This document shows positions 1-8,417 of a stretch of 32,000 bases of DNA, in pieces. How positions within the stretch are numbered: position 1 is the stretch's first letter; every line of letters begins with the position of its first letter. The notes under the pieces are model-generated. The model was not told the origin of the DNA and ran no database searches. It worked only from the letters and a program-made list of their open reading frames with translations. Source of the stretch: Acholeplasma laidlawii PG-8A (GTDB taxonomy: Bacteria > Bacillota_I > Bacilli_A > Acholeplasmatales > Acholeplasmataceae); the NCBI RefSeq assembly GCF_000018785.1, contig NC_010163.1, forward strand, positions 780,001 to 812,000. Reading direction: 5' to 3'. A program made the position numbers and the translations under genes.

Positions 1-662
1 CATTACCAAGTTATGACGATATCTTCCCAATCTTTGAAAAATACGCAAAAGCAAATCAACCATTTATATTCTTCTCATTTTCTAAAGCACTGTCTGGTAC
101 ATTTAACTTTGCAAATTTATTAATCAAAGATCTAAAAGATACCTACAACACACAAATGAGCGTTGTAGACTTTAAAAATGGTGGTCTTGCAAGTGCAGTA
201 ATGATGGAAGAAATTGTAGCTTTCATGGAAACTAATAATAACATTGATGATGTAGTTAAGTTTAGTGAGCATTTAGTCAATCGCATGCATCACGCAGTGA
301 TGCTTGAAGACTTATCTCAATTAAGAAAAGGTGGCAGAATCTCTGCTGTCAAATCCATCATATCAAGCGCATTATCAATTAAACCTATCTTAGAACTTGT
401 TGATGGACATATTGCATCCTATAAAAACGCAATCGGTTCTAAACGTGCACTAAATGATCTCATGCATTATGTAACTTCAAAAGCACCAGACAAAGAAACT
501 AAAATCGGTGTACTTTATTCAGCAAATGAGGATTTATTAAATCAGATGCTAACAAGACTTGATAAGCATGGTTATAAAAACATTGTTGTTGGTAGAATCG
601 CAAGTGTAATGACAGCACATATTGGCTTAGACGCTGTATCAGTTTGTTTCTTAAGTAATTAA
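1..662 (+). CDS. DegV family fatty-acid-binding protein (5' end lies outside the window)
   Basis: The frame of ORF 156..662 stays open back to position 3 (LPSYDDIFPIFEKYAKANQPFIFFSFSKALSGTFNFANLL...). It has an S-x-LSGT motif and a DegV-like C-terminal half, and is followed by a strong terminator. Confidence 0.8.
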   Translation, partial: LPSYDDIFPIFEKYAKANQPFIFFSFSKALSGTFNFANLLIKDLKDTYNTQMSVVDFKNGGLASAVMMEEIVAFMETNNNIDDVVKFSEHLVNRMHHAVMLEDLSQLRKGGRISAVKSIISSALSIKPILELVDGHIASYKNAIGSKRALNDLMHYVTSKAPDKETKIGVLYSANEDLLNQMLTRLDKHGYKNIVVGRIASVMTAHIGLDAVSVCFLSN

Positions 663-665
663 TTT

Positions 666-710
666 AAAACACTTCAAACCTAAATCAATGTTTGAAGTGT
701 TTTTTTTTTA
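666..710 (+). terminator. Rho-independent terminator after the DegV gene
   Basis: AAAACACTTCAAAC / GTTTGAAGTGTTTT stem with a 10-nt loop, followed by a run of about 10 T. Confidence 0.75.
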
Positions 711-815
711 TTCATATTATATGTTTTTTAATTGAATTCTCCCATAGAATATTAGAATTAATGTATAATATGTATATATTAAGTATTTTTGCACGAAATT
801 AGAGGGTAAGTACAT

Positions 816-2651
816 ATGACACATACAAATGATTCTGATTATATGAGTCTTCATCAACCTTTAGATAGTTATAAAGCTATTTATAAGGATTTACACAACA
901 AACATGTTAACGATAAGTTAGATAGTTTGGTCTTAGAATCAAAAATTGATATCCAAGCAAACAAATCGACTGTTAAAGACATAAGACTCAATGAAAAAAA
1001 TAGAGATAATTTAGCAAAAACAATCCGCAATAATCGAAGTTTACGTTCTTTTTTAATTTTCTTAATTGTTGTTTTAGTAGGTGTAATTATTTATGCTATC
1101 TATCAGCTGACATTAGCACCGAACACTTTAAGTTATATACTTATACCAACTTCTATTCTGTTATCCATACTATTTATATTTTTGATATCTAAAAAGATTA
1201 ATCCTAAAATTAGAATACTTGTTAAAGATAAAGAAGCTATCATTAAAAAACTAGAAGGACTCTTTAAGGAAGCTTGGACACAAATGCAACCATTAAATGA
1301 CTTATTTTATGAGGGTATGAGTCAAGAATTATTCCAAAAGACAGTACCGTTAATTAAGATGGATCAAATGTTTGATTCTAAGCGTTTAGATTATTTAGTC
1401 AATAAATTCGGCCTTGATGATCTTAATGTTTTAGATAGGTCAACACTTTATGTTCAATCTGGTGAAATTAAGGGTAATCCATTTTATATCGCAGAAGATT
1501 TAGTACATAAAATGGGTACTAAGACGTATTCTGGTTCAATTACAATCACTTATACTTCTACTTCTAGAGTGAATGGTCGTACCGTAACAACCACCCATAC
1601 TCAAGTACTTACTGCATCAGTTAATAAACCTTACCCATTATATACAGAACAATCTTATCTCGTTTATGGAAACGAAGCTGCTCCAGATTTAATGTTTTCT
1701 AGAATAGACTCAGATGCGGAGCATATGAGTGAAAAGCAAATAGATAAACATGTTAATAAGACCATTAAGAAGTTAGAAAAGAAATCTAGAAAAAGCGTTA
1801 ATCAAGGAACCAATTATACGGTATTTGGTAACTCAGAGTTTGAAGTCTTATTTGGTGCAACCAATAGAAATCATGAAGTGCAGTTTAGGTTATTATTTAC
1901 ACCACTTGCACAAACAGAACTCCTAAAACTTATGAAAGAAACAACACTAGGGTTTGGTGATGATTTCGACTTTATCAAACATAAAAAGATAAATATTATC
2001 GTGCCGGAACATCTAGCAACGATTAAACTAGATATGGCGCCTAGCTACTACACAAGTTATGACTTTGAGGATATTAAGAAAAAGTTTGTAGATTATCAAA
2101 ATGCATACTTTAGACACATATACTTTGCTTTTGCACCAGTACTTGCAATTCCTCTTTACCAACAAACAGTTACTCAAGAATATCTCTATAAAGATTTATA
2201 TAGTAGTTATGTCTCCTTCTTCGAACATGAACATGTCGTAAATAGTATGGATATCAATAAATTTAGACATGAAGAATCTGCTACACGTAATATATTAAAG
2301 ACTAAAGTGGTTCGAAGCAGTGATCATAAAGACGTTGTTCAGGTTACTGCATATGGTTATAAGAGTGTACCACGCGTAGATTACGTTTCTAGATTAGGTA
2401 GAGACGGTAGAATGCATGTTATACCAATTCCTTGGAATGAGTATATTCCAGTAGATAGACAAACAAACGTTGAAATCAATGTAACACCTGAAGACAAACC
2501 ATTAACACCTAGACAACGTGTTGAGGAGATGGTTGAACGTCTAAGAACTAATAATATGACACCAAAAGATATGTTTATTATTAAAAATTTCGCTGCTCGT
2601 GTATTAAACCCAGAAAAAAATGATAAAATAAAGACAAATGAAAGGAAATAA
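816..2651 (+). CDS. Uncharacterised membrane protein: N-terminal coiled/charged region, two TM helices (about aa 78-125), and a roughly 480-aa C-terminal domain I cannot assign
   Basis: Long 611-aa ORF with GAGGG about 10 nt upstream of the ATG. The hydrophobic pair is LIFLIVVLVGVIIYAIY / ILIPTSILLSILFIFLI. I recognise no catalytic motif (no P-loop, no HExxH). The stop lies 4 nt before the LemA start. Confidence 0.7.
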   Translation: MTHTNDSDYMSLHQPLDSYKAIYKDLHNKHVNDKLDSLVLESKIDIQANKSTVKDIRLNEKNRDNLAKTIRNNRSLRSFLIFLIVVLVGVIIYAIYQLTLAPNTLSYILIPTSILLSILFIFLISKKINPKIRILVKDKEAIIKKLEGLFKEAWTQMQPLNDLFYEGMSQELFQKTVPLIKMDQMFDSKRLDYLVNKFGLDDLNVLDRSTLYVQSGEIKGNPFYIAEDLVHKMGTKTYSGSITITYTSTSRVNGRTVTTTHTQVLTASVNKPYPLYTEQSYLVYGNEAAPDLMFSRIDSDAEHMSEKQIDKHVNKTIKKLEKKSRKSVNQGTNYTVFGNSEFEVLFGATNRNHEVQFRLLFTPLAQTELLKLMKETTLGFGDDFDFIKHKKINIIVPEHLATIKLDMAPSYYTSYDFEDIKKKFVDYQNAYFRHIYFAFAPVLAIPLYQQTVTQEYLYKDLYSSYVSFFEHEHVVNSMDINKFRHEESATRNILKTKVVRSSDHKDVVQVTAYGYKSVPRVDYVSRLGRDGRMHVIPIPWNEYIPVDRQTNVEINVTPEDKPLTPRQRVEEMVERLRTNNMTPKDMFIIKNFAARVLNPEKNDKIKTNERK

Positions 2652-2655
2652 GTCA

Positions 2656-3321
2656 ATGGGAAATGAGTTAAATGAATTAAATGGTCCGGTAAATCCAGAC
2701 GGTCGTGACATCAATGTCATCGAAAAACAGTTACAAGTTAAAGTGGGTGTGGGTTCATTAATATTTGAAATCGCACTATGGGTATTGGGAATTATTCCAG
2801 GGTTGATTTTCTTGTTTATGAAGATTAATGCTAAAAAATATTTCAATCAACTTCAACAACGTATTCAAAGAGATGCATCTCAAATTGATAATTATCTAGA
2901 ACAACGTGTTCAAGTGCTACAAAACGTAGTTGGTATCGTTAAACAATCAGTTGATTTAGATAAAGATGTGATGAAATCTGTTGCAGCACTTCGTTCTGGT
3001 ATTCATCCAAATGAAGAAAATAGAAATGAAATTCAAGGTACAGTGGATAGTGCAATGCGTTCAATTAACGTAGCATTCGAAGCTTATCCTGATTTAAAAG
3101 CTCATAGAGCATTAGCTGATGCTATGCAACAAAACTCATATCTACAAAAAGAGATTACTGCGGCTAGAGAGTTATATAATGACACCGTATTAAGATGGAA
3201 CTCTGATATCTTTGCATGGCCAACAAAAATGATTGTTGCAGCGCGTTCAAATTATACAACACGTATTCCATTCTCTGCTTCTCAAGAAACTAAAGCTCAA
3301 GCAAGATCAACATTCTTCTAA
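2656..3321 (+). CDS. LemA family membrane protein
   Basis: One TM (LIFEIALWVLGIIPGLIFLFM), then a LemA-like helical domain (YPDLKAH..., ARELYNDTVLRWNSDIFAWPTKMIVA). I prefer the start at 2656 (RBS AAAGGAAA at 2641-2648) over the track start at 2638. Confidence 0.7.
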   Translation: MGNELNELNGPVNPDGRDINVIEKQLQVKVGVGSLIFEIALWVLGIIPGLIFLFMKINAKKYFNQLQQRIQRDASQIDNYLEQRVQVLQNVVGIVKQSVDLDKDVMKSVAALRSGIHPNEENRNEIQGTVDSAMRSINVAFEAYPDLKAHRALADAMQQNSYLQKEITAARELYNDTVLRWNSDIFAWPTKMIVAARSNYTTRIPFSASQETKAQARSTFF

Positions 3322-3335
3322 TAGTTATTCATTAA

Positions 3336-3363
3336 AAAAACCACATTTCAGGATGTGGTTTTT
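3336..3363. terminator. Bidirectional terminator between the convergent LemA and CDF genes
   Basis: AAAAACCACAT-TTCAGG-ATGTGGTTTTT, with T-runs on both strands. The CDF stop codon lies in the loop. Confidence 0.6.
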
Positions 3364-4280
3364 ATATGCTTAACTAACGGATTTACATGGACCATACAGT
3401 GAATTACATCATAGTTTGCTTCAATATAATGGTGAACATCTTCTGCTATCTTGTGTGCAGCTTCAAGTGAAAGTTTATTATCCACTGATATTTCTACGTC
3501 CACATAAAATTGTGACATATGTTTTCTAACCTTTAAGTCATCAACTCTTAATACACCCTGACAAACTAATATACTTTTCTTTATAGACTTAATCGTGTCA
3601 TGATCAGGTGCTTCATCAACTAAAAATGAAATAGCCTCTAAAATCATTTTAAAGCCGGAATAAAATATAAATATAGAAATTAGTATAGATGCGACCGGTT
3701 CAAAATATATAAAACCTACAAGCGCAAATGTAATACTAATTAAACTAATTGTTGTAGAAAAGATATCAAACATGTGGTTTTTACTGTCTCCATATAAGAC
3801 GACAGATTGATATTTTTTAGCTGTTTTATAATTTAGAATAAATAAACCTATTTTGATGACGAGTGAAATCATTGAAGCAATTACAGTTATGAATTCAGGC
3901 TGAGCTATAAGTGTTGGGTTATTGATTGTAGTAATTAGACTTCTTATACTACTGTAACCTAGAATGCTAGCTAATGCCATAATAAATAGACTTAAGAATA
4001 AGTAGAGTATACCTTCAAATTTCTCATGACCATACGGATGATTTTCATCTGGTTCTTTTGCTGTAACTCTAATGACCACAAGTAACATCAAACTTATAAA
4101 GATGTCTACAAAGGAGTTTACCCCGTCACTGAATAAACTTTCTGATGATCCCAAATAACCAAATATTAACTTAATAAGTGTCAACACGATATTACCTACT
4201 AGACTTATAAGTACGACGCGTCTTAAAATATTTATTCTCATATTGTCCTTTGAAAAATACTGCGAGTATGAATTACTCAC
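3348..4280 (-). CDS. Cation diffusion facilitator (CDF) family metal efflux transporter
   Basis: Six TM helices, signature FSDGVNSFVD and HPYGHEKFE, and a C-terminal cytoplasmic domain. The track start is GTG with no RBS. An alternative ATG at 4241 (MRINILRR) has AAAGGA upstream. Confidence 0.85.
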   Translation of the reverse strand: MSNSYSQYFSKDNMRINILRRVVLISLVGNIVLTLIKLIFGYLGSSESLFSDGVNSFVDIFISLMLLVVIRVTAKEPDENHPYGHEKFEGILYLFLSLFIMALASILGYSSIRSLITTINNPTLIAQPEFITVIASMISLVIKIGLFILNYKTAKKYQSVVLYGDSKNHMFDIFSTTISLISITFALVGFIYFEPVASILISIFIFYSGFKMILEAISFLVDEAPDHDTIKSIKKSILVCQGVLRVDDLKVRKHMSQFYVDVEISVDNKLSLEAAHKIAEDVHHYIEANYDVIHCMVHVNPLVKHIKTTS

Positions 4281-4336
4281 AGTATGATTATTGATTTAAC
4301 ATATGATATTCTATCACAGATTAAGTTAAATAGTAC

Positions 4337-5266
4337 TTACAAAATATTAAGGGTATCCTTATAACTTTCAACGTCTATAAACATGTTATCAAGGACTTCC
4401 TTGACAGTTTTTACCTCTTTAACTAGACCTGCGATTTGACCTGCCATAAACGATCCATTTTCTACATCGCCTTCCATGACTGCTTTTCTTAAAGAACCTA
4501 AGGTAAGATGCTCTAATTCTTCAAAACTTGCACCTGATTTTTCTAAATCGATGTATTTTACAGCCATTTGGTTTTTAATAACTCTAACAGGAGCTTTTTC
4601 TGAACCAGTAATGATTGTGGATGTATCTGTTGCATCAACTACAAGTTGTTTAAAGTTTTCATGGATTGGACATTCTTTTGTAGCAAGTAATACTGTACCA
4701 ATTTGAACACCTTTTGCACCAAGTGCAAATGCAGCTAAAACACCTCTTTTATCTCCAATACCACCAGCTGCAATTACAGGGATTTTTACTGCATCAACAA
4801 TTTGAGGTACCATTGCCATCGTGGTTAGTTTACCGATGTGTCCACCAGCTTCCATGCCTTCTGCAATAACAGCATCTGCACCTGCTTGTTCAACGCGCAT
4901 CGCTAATTTTGCTGTTGGTATGACAGGTATTACAATCATGCCTGCTTTTTTCCATGCTTCCATGTAAGGAACTGGGTTTCCGGCACCTGTTGTAACTACT
5001 TTAACACCCTCATCAATAAGTAATTGAGCAATGTCTTTTGCATGAGGACTCATTAACATAATATTTACACCAAAAGGCTTATTCGTTAACTGTCTTATTT
5101 TTTGAATTTCTTCTTTAACCCATGCAGCATCGTTTCCGCCTGCACCGATTAATCCTAAACCACCTGCATTAGATACTGCAGCAGCAAGTTTGGCGGTTGC
5201 AATATTTGCCATACCACCTTGTATAACCGGATATTTTGTTCCTAATAATTGATTAATGTTGTTCAT
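4337..5266 (-). CDS. fabK: Enoyl-ACP reductase II (FMN-dependent, nitronate monooxygenase fold)
   Basis: Near-collinear with streptococcal FabK as I remember it (IQGGMA, GGLGLIGAG, KPFGVNIML, VVTTGAGNP, AVIAEGMEAGGHIGKLTTM, IPVIAAGGI, MAGQIAGLV). I chose the third-codon ATG at 5266 because AAGGAG sits 7 nt upstream. Confidence 0.9.
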   Translation of the reverse strand: MNNINQLLGTKYPVIQGGMANIATAKLAAAVSNAGGLGLIGAGGNDAAWVKEEIQKIRQLTNKPFGVNIMLMSPHAKDIAQLLIDEGVKVVTTGAGNPVPYMEAWKKAGMIVIPVIPTAKLAMRVEQAGADAVIAEGMEAGGHIGKLTTMAMVPQIVDAVKIPVIAAGGIGDKRGVLAAFALGAKGVQIGTVLLATKECPIHENFKQLVVDATDTSTIITGSEKAPVRVIKNQMAVKYIDLEKSGASFEELEHLTLGSLRKAVMEGDVENGSFMAGQIAGLVKEVKTVKEVLDNMFIDVESYKDTLNIL

Positions 5267-5693
5267 GTTCATTCTCCTTTTTTGGTGGCATCACAACAGC
5301 TTCTCCAATCACAACTTCTTGATCATGTTGATTGGTCGCAATAGTCTTTAGTGTGACTCTGTTTCTTTTTTCATCAATACTTGTTACCTCTACTTTAATA
5401 GATACTGTATCCCCAATAAATACAGGTTTCACGAATTTAGAATCTTGTCTTAAATAAATAGTTCCTAAACCAGGTAAAACAGTACCTAAAACTGTTGAAA
5501 ATAATCCTGCGATAAATCCACCATGCGCTATTCTTTGTTGAAAAATTGAACAGCTCGCATATAGATCATCTAAATGAACTGGATTCATATCTCCAGTAAC
5601 ACCTGCAAATATATGAACATCTGCATCGGTAATCGTTTTGTTTAATAAAGCAAACTGACCAACATACATTTGGTCTATAGTTTTTCCATGCAT
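5253..5693 (-). CDS. MaoC-like (R)-specific enoyl hydratase / hot-dog fold dehydratase
   Basis: Hot-dog motifs FAGVTGDMNPVHLD and IAHGG. Its end overlaps the fabK start by about 14-20 nt, which suggests a coupled operon. Confidence 0.8.
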   Translation of the reverse strand: MHGKTIDQMYVGQFALLNKTITDADVHIFAGVTGDMNPVHLDDLYASCSIFQQRIAHGGFIAGLFSTVLGTVLPGLGTIYLRQDSKFVKPVFIGDTVSIKVEVTSIDEKRNRVTLKTIATNQHDQEVVIGEAVVMPPKKENEHEQH

Positions 5694-5840
5694 ATTTGTT
5701 TCCTTCTTTCTGTATTAAATTGTAATCTGAATGGTTTTTACACCCTTATATTAAACCTTAAATACCCTATTGTCAAGCAATGTTATAACAATATATGAAT
5801 ATTTATTCATACAACATAATTTTATATATTTAAACACAAT

Positions 5841-5870
5841 TAAAAATAAAAAGAGCTCGAAAGCTCTTTT
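5841..5870 (-). terminator. Terminator after the ZIP transporter gene
   Basis: AAAAGAGCT-CGAA-AGCTCTTTT hairpin, with a T-rich tract on the minus strand. Confidence 0.6.
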
Positions 5871-5887
5871 ATAGTTTTTCATGGATA

Positions 5888-6709
5888 TTAGCCAAGTGCT
5901 ACGTCTAGAATCATCATAATTACAAATCCTAGCATAAATCCAAAAACTGCAAAGTGTGTGCCGGATGTCGCATTCTCTTGTGCCTCAGGTATTAATTCTT
6001 CTACAACTACATAAATCATTGCACCTGCAGCAAAAGCTAATGCATATGGAAGTATGACAGTCATTGAAGTCACTAAAATAGCACCTAATACTGCAAACAG
6101 TGGCTCAACTAATGCAGAAGCTTGCCCCCACATAAAAGCCTTTTTTTTACCCATTTTTTCTTGTGAAAGTGGAATAGATACTGCAGCACCTTCTGGAAAA
6201 TTTTGAATACCGATACCTAAGGCAAGTACCATTGCAGCAATTGTGGCTGCTTCTATCGATCCTGTTGTTGCACCAATAGCTCCAAATGCTACACCAATTG
6301 CTAATCCTTCAGGAATATTATGCAAGGTAATTGAAAAGACTAAAAGAATAGATCTTCTCATTTTAGTCGTAATACCCTCTTTTACATTTTTCTTACCAAA
6401 ATGCATATGTGGAATGACTTTATCTGCTGCGAATAAGAATAAGCCCCCTAAACTAAACCCAATAGCTACAACTAACCAAGCAATATTACCTTGTTCTTCT
6501 GCAATTTGAATACCAGGAGCAAGAAGGGACCAAAAACTAGCTGCAACCATCACACCTGCTGCCACACCATACATCATACCTAACACATTTTTACTAATAT
6601 TTTTAAAAAAGAAGACAAGTGCTGCACCAAGGGCTGTAACAAACCAAGTGAAAATACCACCTAGTAATGCCTGCACCCAAAGTTCTAAACTCATGAACCA
6701 TTCAAACAT
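5888..6709 (-). CDS. ZIP family (ZupT-like) divalent metal importer
   Basis: Multi-TM protein with the ZIP signature LHNIPEGLAIG and a second FPEG motif. I moved the start to ATG 6709 (MFEWF) because AAAGAGGTGG lies 5 nt upstream. The 14 codons upstream of that in the track ORF lack an RBS. Confidence 0.85.
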   Translation of the reverse strand: MFEWFMSLELWVQALLGGIFTWFVTALGAALVFFFKNISKNVLGMMYGVAAGVMVAASFWSLLAPGIQIAEEQGNIAWLVVAIGFSLGGLFLFAADKVIPHMHFGKKNVKEGITTKMRRSILLVFSITLHNIPEGLAIGVAFGAIGATTGSIEAATIAAMVLALGIGIQNFPEGAAVSIPLSQEKMGKKKAFMWGQASALVEPLFAVLGAILVTSMTVILPYALAFAAGAMIYVVVEELIPEAQENATSGTHFAVFGFMLGFVIMMILDVALG

Positions 6710-6741
6710 AATAACCACCTCTTTTGTCATTCTACATTTAT

Positions 6742-6784
6742 ATTTTATCATAGTTTTACGTAATTTTTAAGCATGTGCTTAAAA
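6742..6784 (-). promoter_or_regulatory. Candidate ZIP promoter (extended -10 TGATAAAAT, -35 TTAAAA, 17-nt spacer) overlapped by a 9-2-9 palindrome, TTTTAAGCA-TG-TGCTTAAAA, at 6765-6784
   Basis: Read directly on the minus strand. The palindrome arms are perfect for 9 bp and cover the -35. The adjacent gene encodes a DtxR/MntR-type repressor. Confidence 0.45.
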
Positions 6785-6810
6785 TTAATTTAACCAAATG
6801 ATTAATTTAA

Positions 6811-6833
6811 TAAAAAAAGAGTTTTCACTCTTT
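6811..6833 (-). terminator. Terminator after the DtxR/MntR-family gene
   Basis: On the minus strand: AAAGAGT-GAAA-ACTCTTT followed by 7 T. Confidence 0.6.
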
Positions 6834-6835
6834 AT

Positions 6836-7489
6836 TTAAAGGACAGTTCCATAAATTTTATCAGTAATAATATCTGTTAAATCCAATTTTTTATCATCAT
6901 ATTGTATGGTATAAAGTTTAGTAAATTCATCATATTTAATAATAGATAATTCTATGCCAAGGTTAATATGATGCTTATCTAAGAATTCTAATAAACGCCT
7001 TTGATCAACTACTCTTTTGACTAGAAATATATCACCAACTTGAGCTTGAGATAAGGAAACTAAAGTATCATATTCTTGGGGTTGTTTCACACCAGGAATT
7101 GGATTTCCATGGGCACATACAACAGGTTGACCTAAAGAATCATATATATGACTCATCAAAACATCAGAGGATGCATGCTCGAGTCTTTCTGCTTCATCAT
7201 GGACTTTAGACCATGGATAATTTAGTTTTTCAACTAGATACTTTTCCCATAAACGGTGATTTCTTACTAACCTAATAGCTTCTTTTAATCCTTTTGGTGT
7301 AAGTTTAACACCCTTATAAGGTATAAAGGTTACTAATTTTTTTGTGGCTAATCTACGTACCATTTCATTCACAGTTTGATCCGTACTTTCCATGATGTAG
7401 GCTATTTCAATATTTTTAACAAGTTCTCTGTTTTGTTCAACAGTCAACTTATAAATATTTTTGATATAATCTTCTTCTGCTCTGTACAT
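6836..7489 (-). CDS. DtxR/MntR family metal-dependent transcriptional repressor with a FeoA/SH3-like C-terminal domain (ScaR/SloR-like layout)
   Basis: N-terminal winged HTH (EDYIKNIY...TVNEMVRRL), a dimerisation/metal domain (NHRLWEKYL, HDEAERLEH, CAHGNPIP), and a C-terminal domain of about 70 aa. RBS is GAGGAAA. Confidence 0.85.
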   Translation of the reverse strand: MYRAEEDYIKNIYKLTVEQNRELVKNIEIAYIMESTDQTVNEMVRRLATKKLVTFIPYKGVKLTPKGLKEAIRLVRNHRLWEKYLVEKLNYPWSKVHDEAERLEHASSDVLMSHIYDSLGQPVVCAHGNPIPGVKQPQEYDTLVSLSQAQVGDIFLVKRVVDQRRLLEFLDKHHINLGIELSIIKYDEFTKLYTIQYDDKKLDLTDIITDKIYGTVL

Positions 7490-7561
7490 AAATTTTCCTC
7501 ATTTCTTCTATTTACTATGTTGCTATCATACATCTTTTAGTATGTATATGCAACAGATGAA

Positions 7562-8000
7562 CTATTTAAAACTCTTGACTAAATTATCTAAGACATAATC
7601 CCATGCTTTATTAAAGTATTCGTAAGCAAATTCCCATGTTTCACCTTCTAAGTAACCACTATTTGTTAGTCGAAGTAATGTATGGTTATCCATCTCAATA
7701 AATTCTAATAAAACCCTTGTCTGTGCCTCACTTTGTCATTAAGGACTCAAAAGTAGGCGGCACATTCCATGTAAATGATAATGTATGATTTGGTGTAAAG
7801 GATAGGACTTTACAGCCCTCACTACCTCTATGTTTAATACTTTTGTCGGTAGTAAAATATATTTCATATTTTCCACCGGGTTTTATTTCTATGTCATTAT
7901 CCTGACTAAAAAACGTATTAAGACCATCTTTAGTTGTCCATTTAAGATAAACATCTTTAACTTTTGCAGGTATTATTCTTTCTTTAATCAAAGTTTTCAT
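7562..8000 (-). pseudogene. SRPBCC / AHSA1-like (START-fold) gene interrupted by a frameshift at the TGA at 7728-7730
   Basis: The 90-aa ORF 7728..8000 ends at ...TWNVPPTFESLMTK*. The +1 frame continues without an ATG as EAQTRVLLEFIEMDNHTLLRLTNSGYLEGETWEFAYEYFNKAWDYVLDNLVKSFK* and stops at 7562-7564. That is the expected C-terminal beta-strands plus long helix of this fold. Confidence 0.6.
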
Positions 8001-8377
8001 TTTAAAGTATCCTTATCTTCATCTATAAGTTTTTTCAGTGCTTTTTCAACCGGAACAATAGTTAAAGACATGATAACTACCTGAATCATCATCAAAATGA
8101 AACCAACGACTGCTAATGTATCTTCTTTACTATCTGTTAAGTAGATAAAAGGAACTATGGATATCAGTAATAGAATGAGTGATAGTCTACTCCAAATTTT
8201 TCCAATATATACTTGAGCAAAATCCCAAGTCTTTTGATTCATCTTGGATCTTTTTGTTCTATATCCATAATAGTCATTAATCCATTTAGGTGGTTTTTTA
8301 CTAAGTATAATACCAATAATATGCATTAAAATCGGAATAAAGATGCTACTGATCAACATAAAGTAGTAGAAAAACAT
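7997..8377 (-). CDS. SdpI/YhfL family membrane protein
   Basis: Motif N-DYYGYRTKRSKMNQKTWDFAQ flanked by TM helices. It has an ATGA stop/start overlap with the downstream SRPBCC gene. Confidence 0.6.
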   Translation of the reverse strand: MFFYYFMLISSIFIPILMHIIGIILSKKPPKWINDYYGYRTKRSKMNQKTWDFAQVYIGKIWSRLSLILLLISIVPFIYLTDSKEDTLAVVGFILMMIQVVIMSLTIVPVEKALKKLIDEDKDTLK

Positions 8378-8417
8378 TGAATTTTCTCCTTAAGTGACTT
8401 TAGTTATATTCTATCAT

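Noticed and set aside
2381-2846. Minus-strand ORFs 2381..2656 and 2604..2846, antisense to the 611-aa/LemA junction
   Set aside because: They lie fully inside or opposite well-supported plus-strand genes, have no RBS, and have low-complexity F/I/L-rich translations typical of antisense frames in AT-rich DNA.
5781-5810. Palindromes TGTTATAACA and ATGAATA-TT-TATTCAT upstream of the MaoC/FabK operon, as a FapR/FabT-like operator
   Set aside because: Short A/T-only palindromes are expected by chance at this base composition, and no lipid regulator gene is nearby. I mention them under the FabK finding only as something to test.
6710-6751. N-terminal extensions in the ORF track, for example at 6710-6751, 9903-9962, 11734-11757, 12029-12076, 15760-15792, 21496-21507 and 24280-24312
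   Set aside because: In each case an internal ATG is preceded by a proper Shine-Dalgarno sequence at 5-9 nt, whereas the track start (often GTG/TTG) has none. I trimmed the starts accordingly.
7517-7556. Imperfect inverted repeat GTTGC...ATACAT / ATGTAT...GCAAC upstream of the DtxR/MntR gene, as an autoregulatory operator
   Set aside because: The arms are interrupted and unrelated to the clean palindrome upstream of the ZIP gene. It more likely serves as a weak terminator for the SRPBCC gene, or is chance.
7722-7736. Programmed +1 frameshift of the prfB type at AAG-TGA-G in the SRPBCC gene
   Set aside because: The geometry (+1 at an in-frame UGA) is superficially similar to prfB. However, there is no slippery codon that allows re-pairing (AAG to AGU) and no upstream Shine-Dalgarno-like stimulator. 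Mutation or sequencing error is much more likely.
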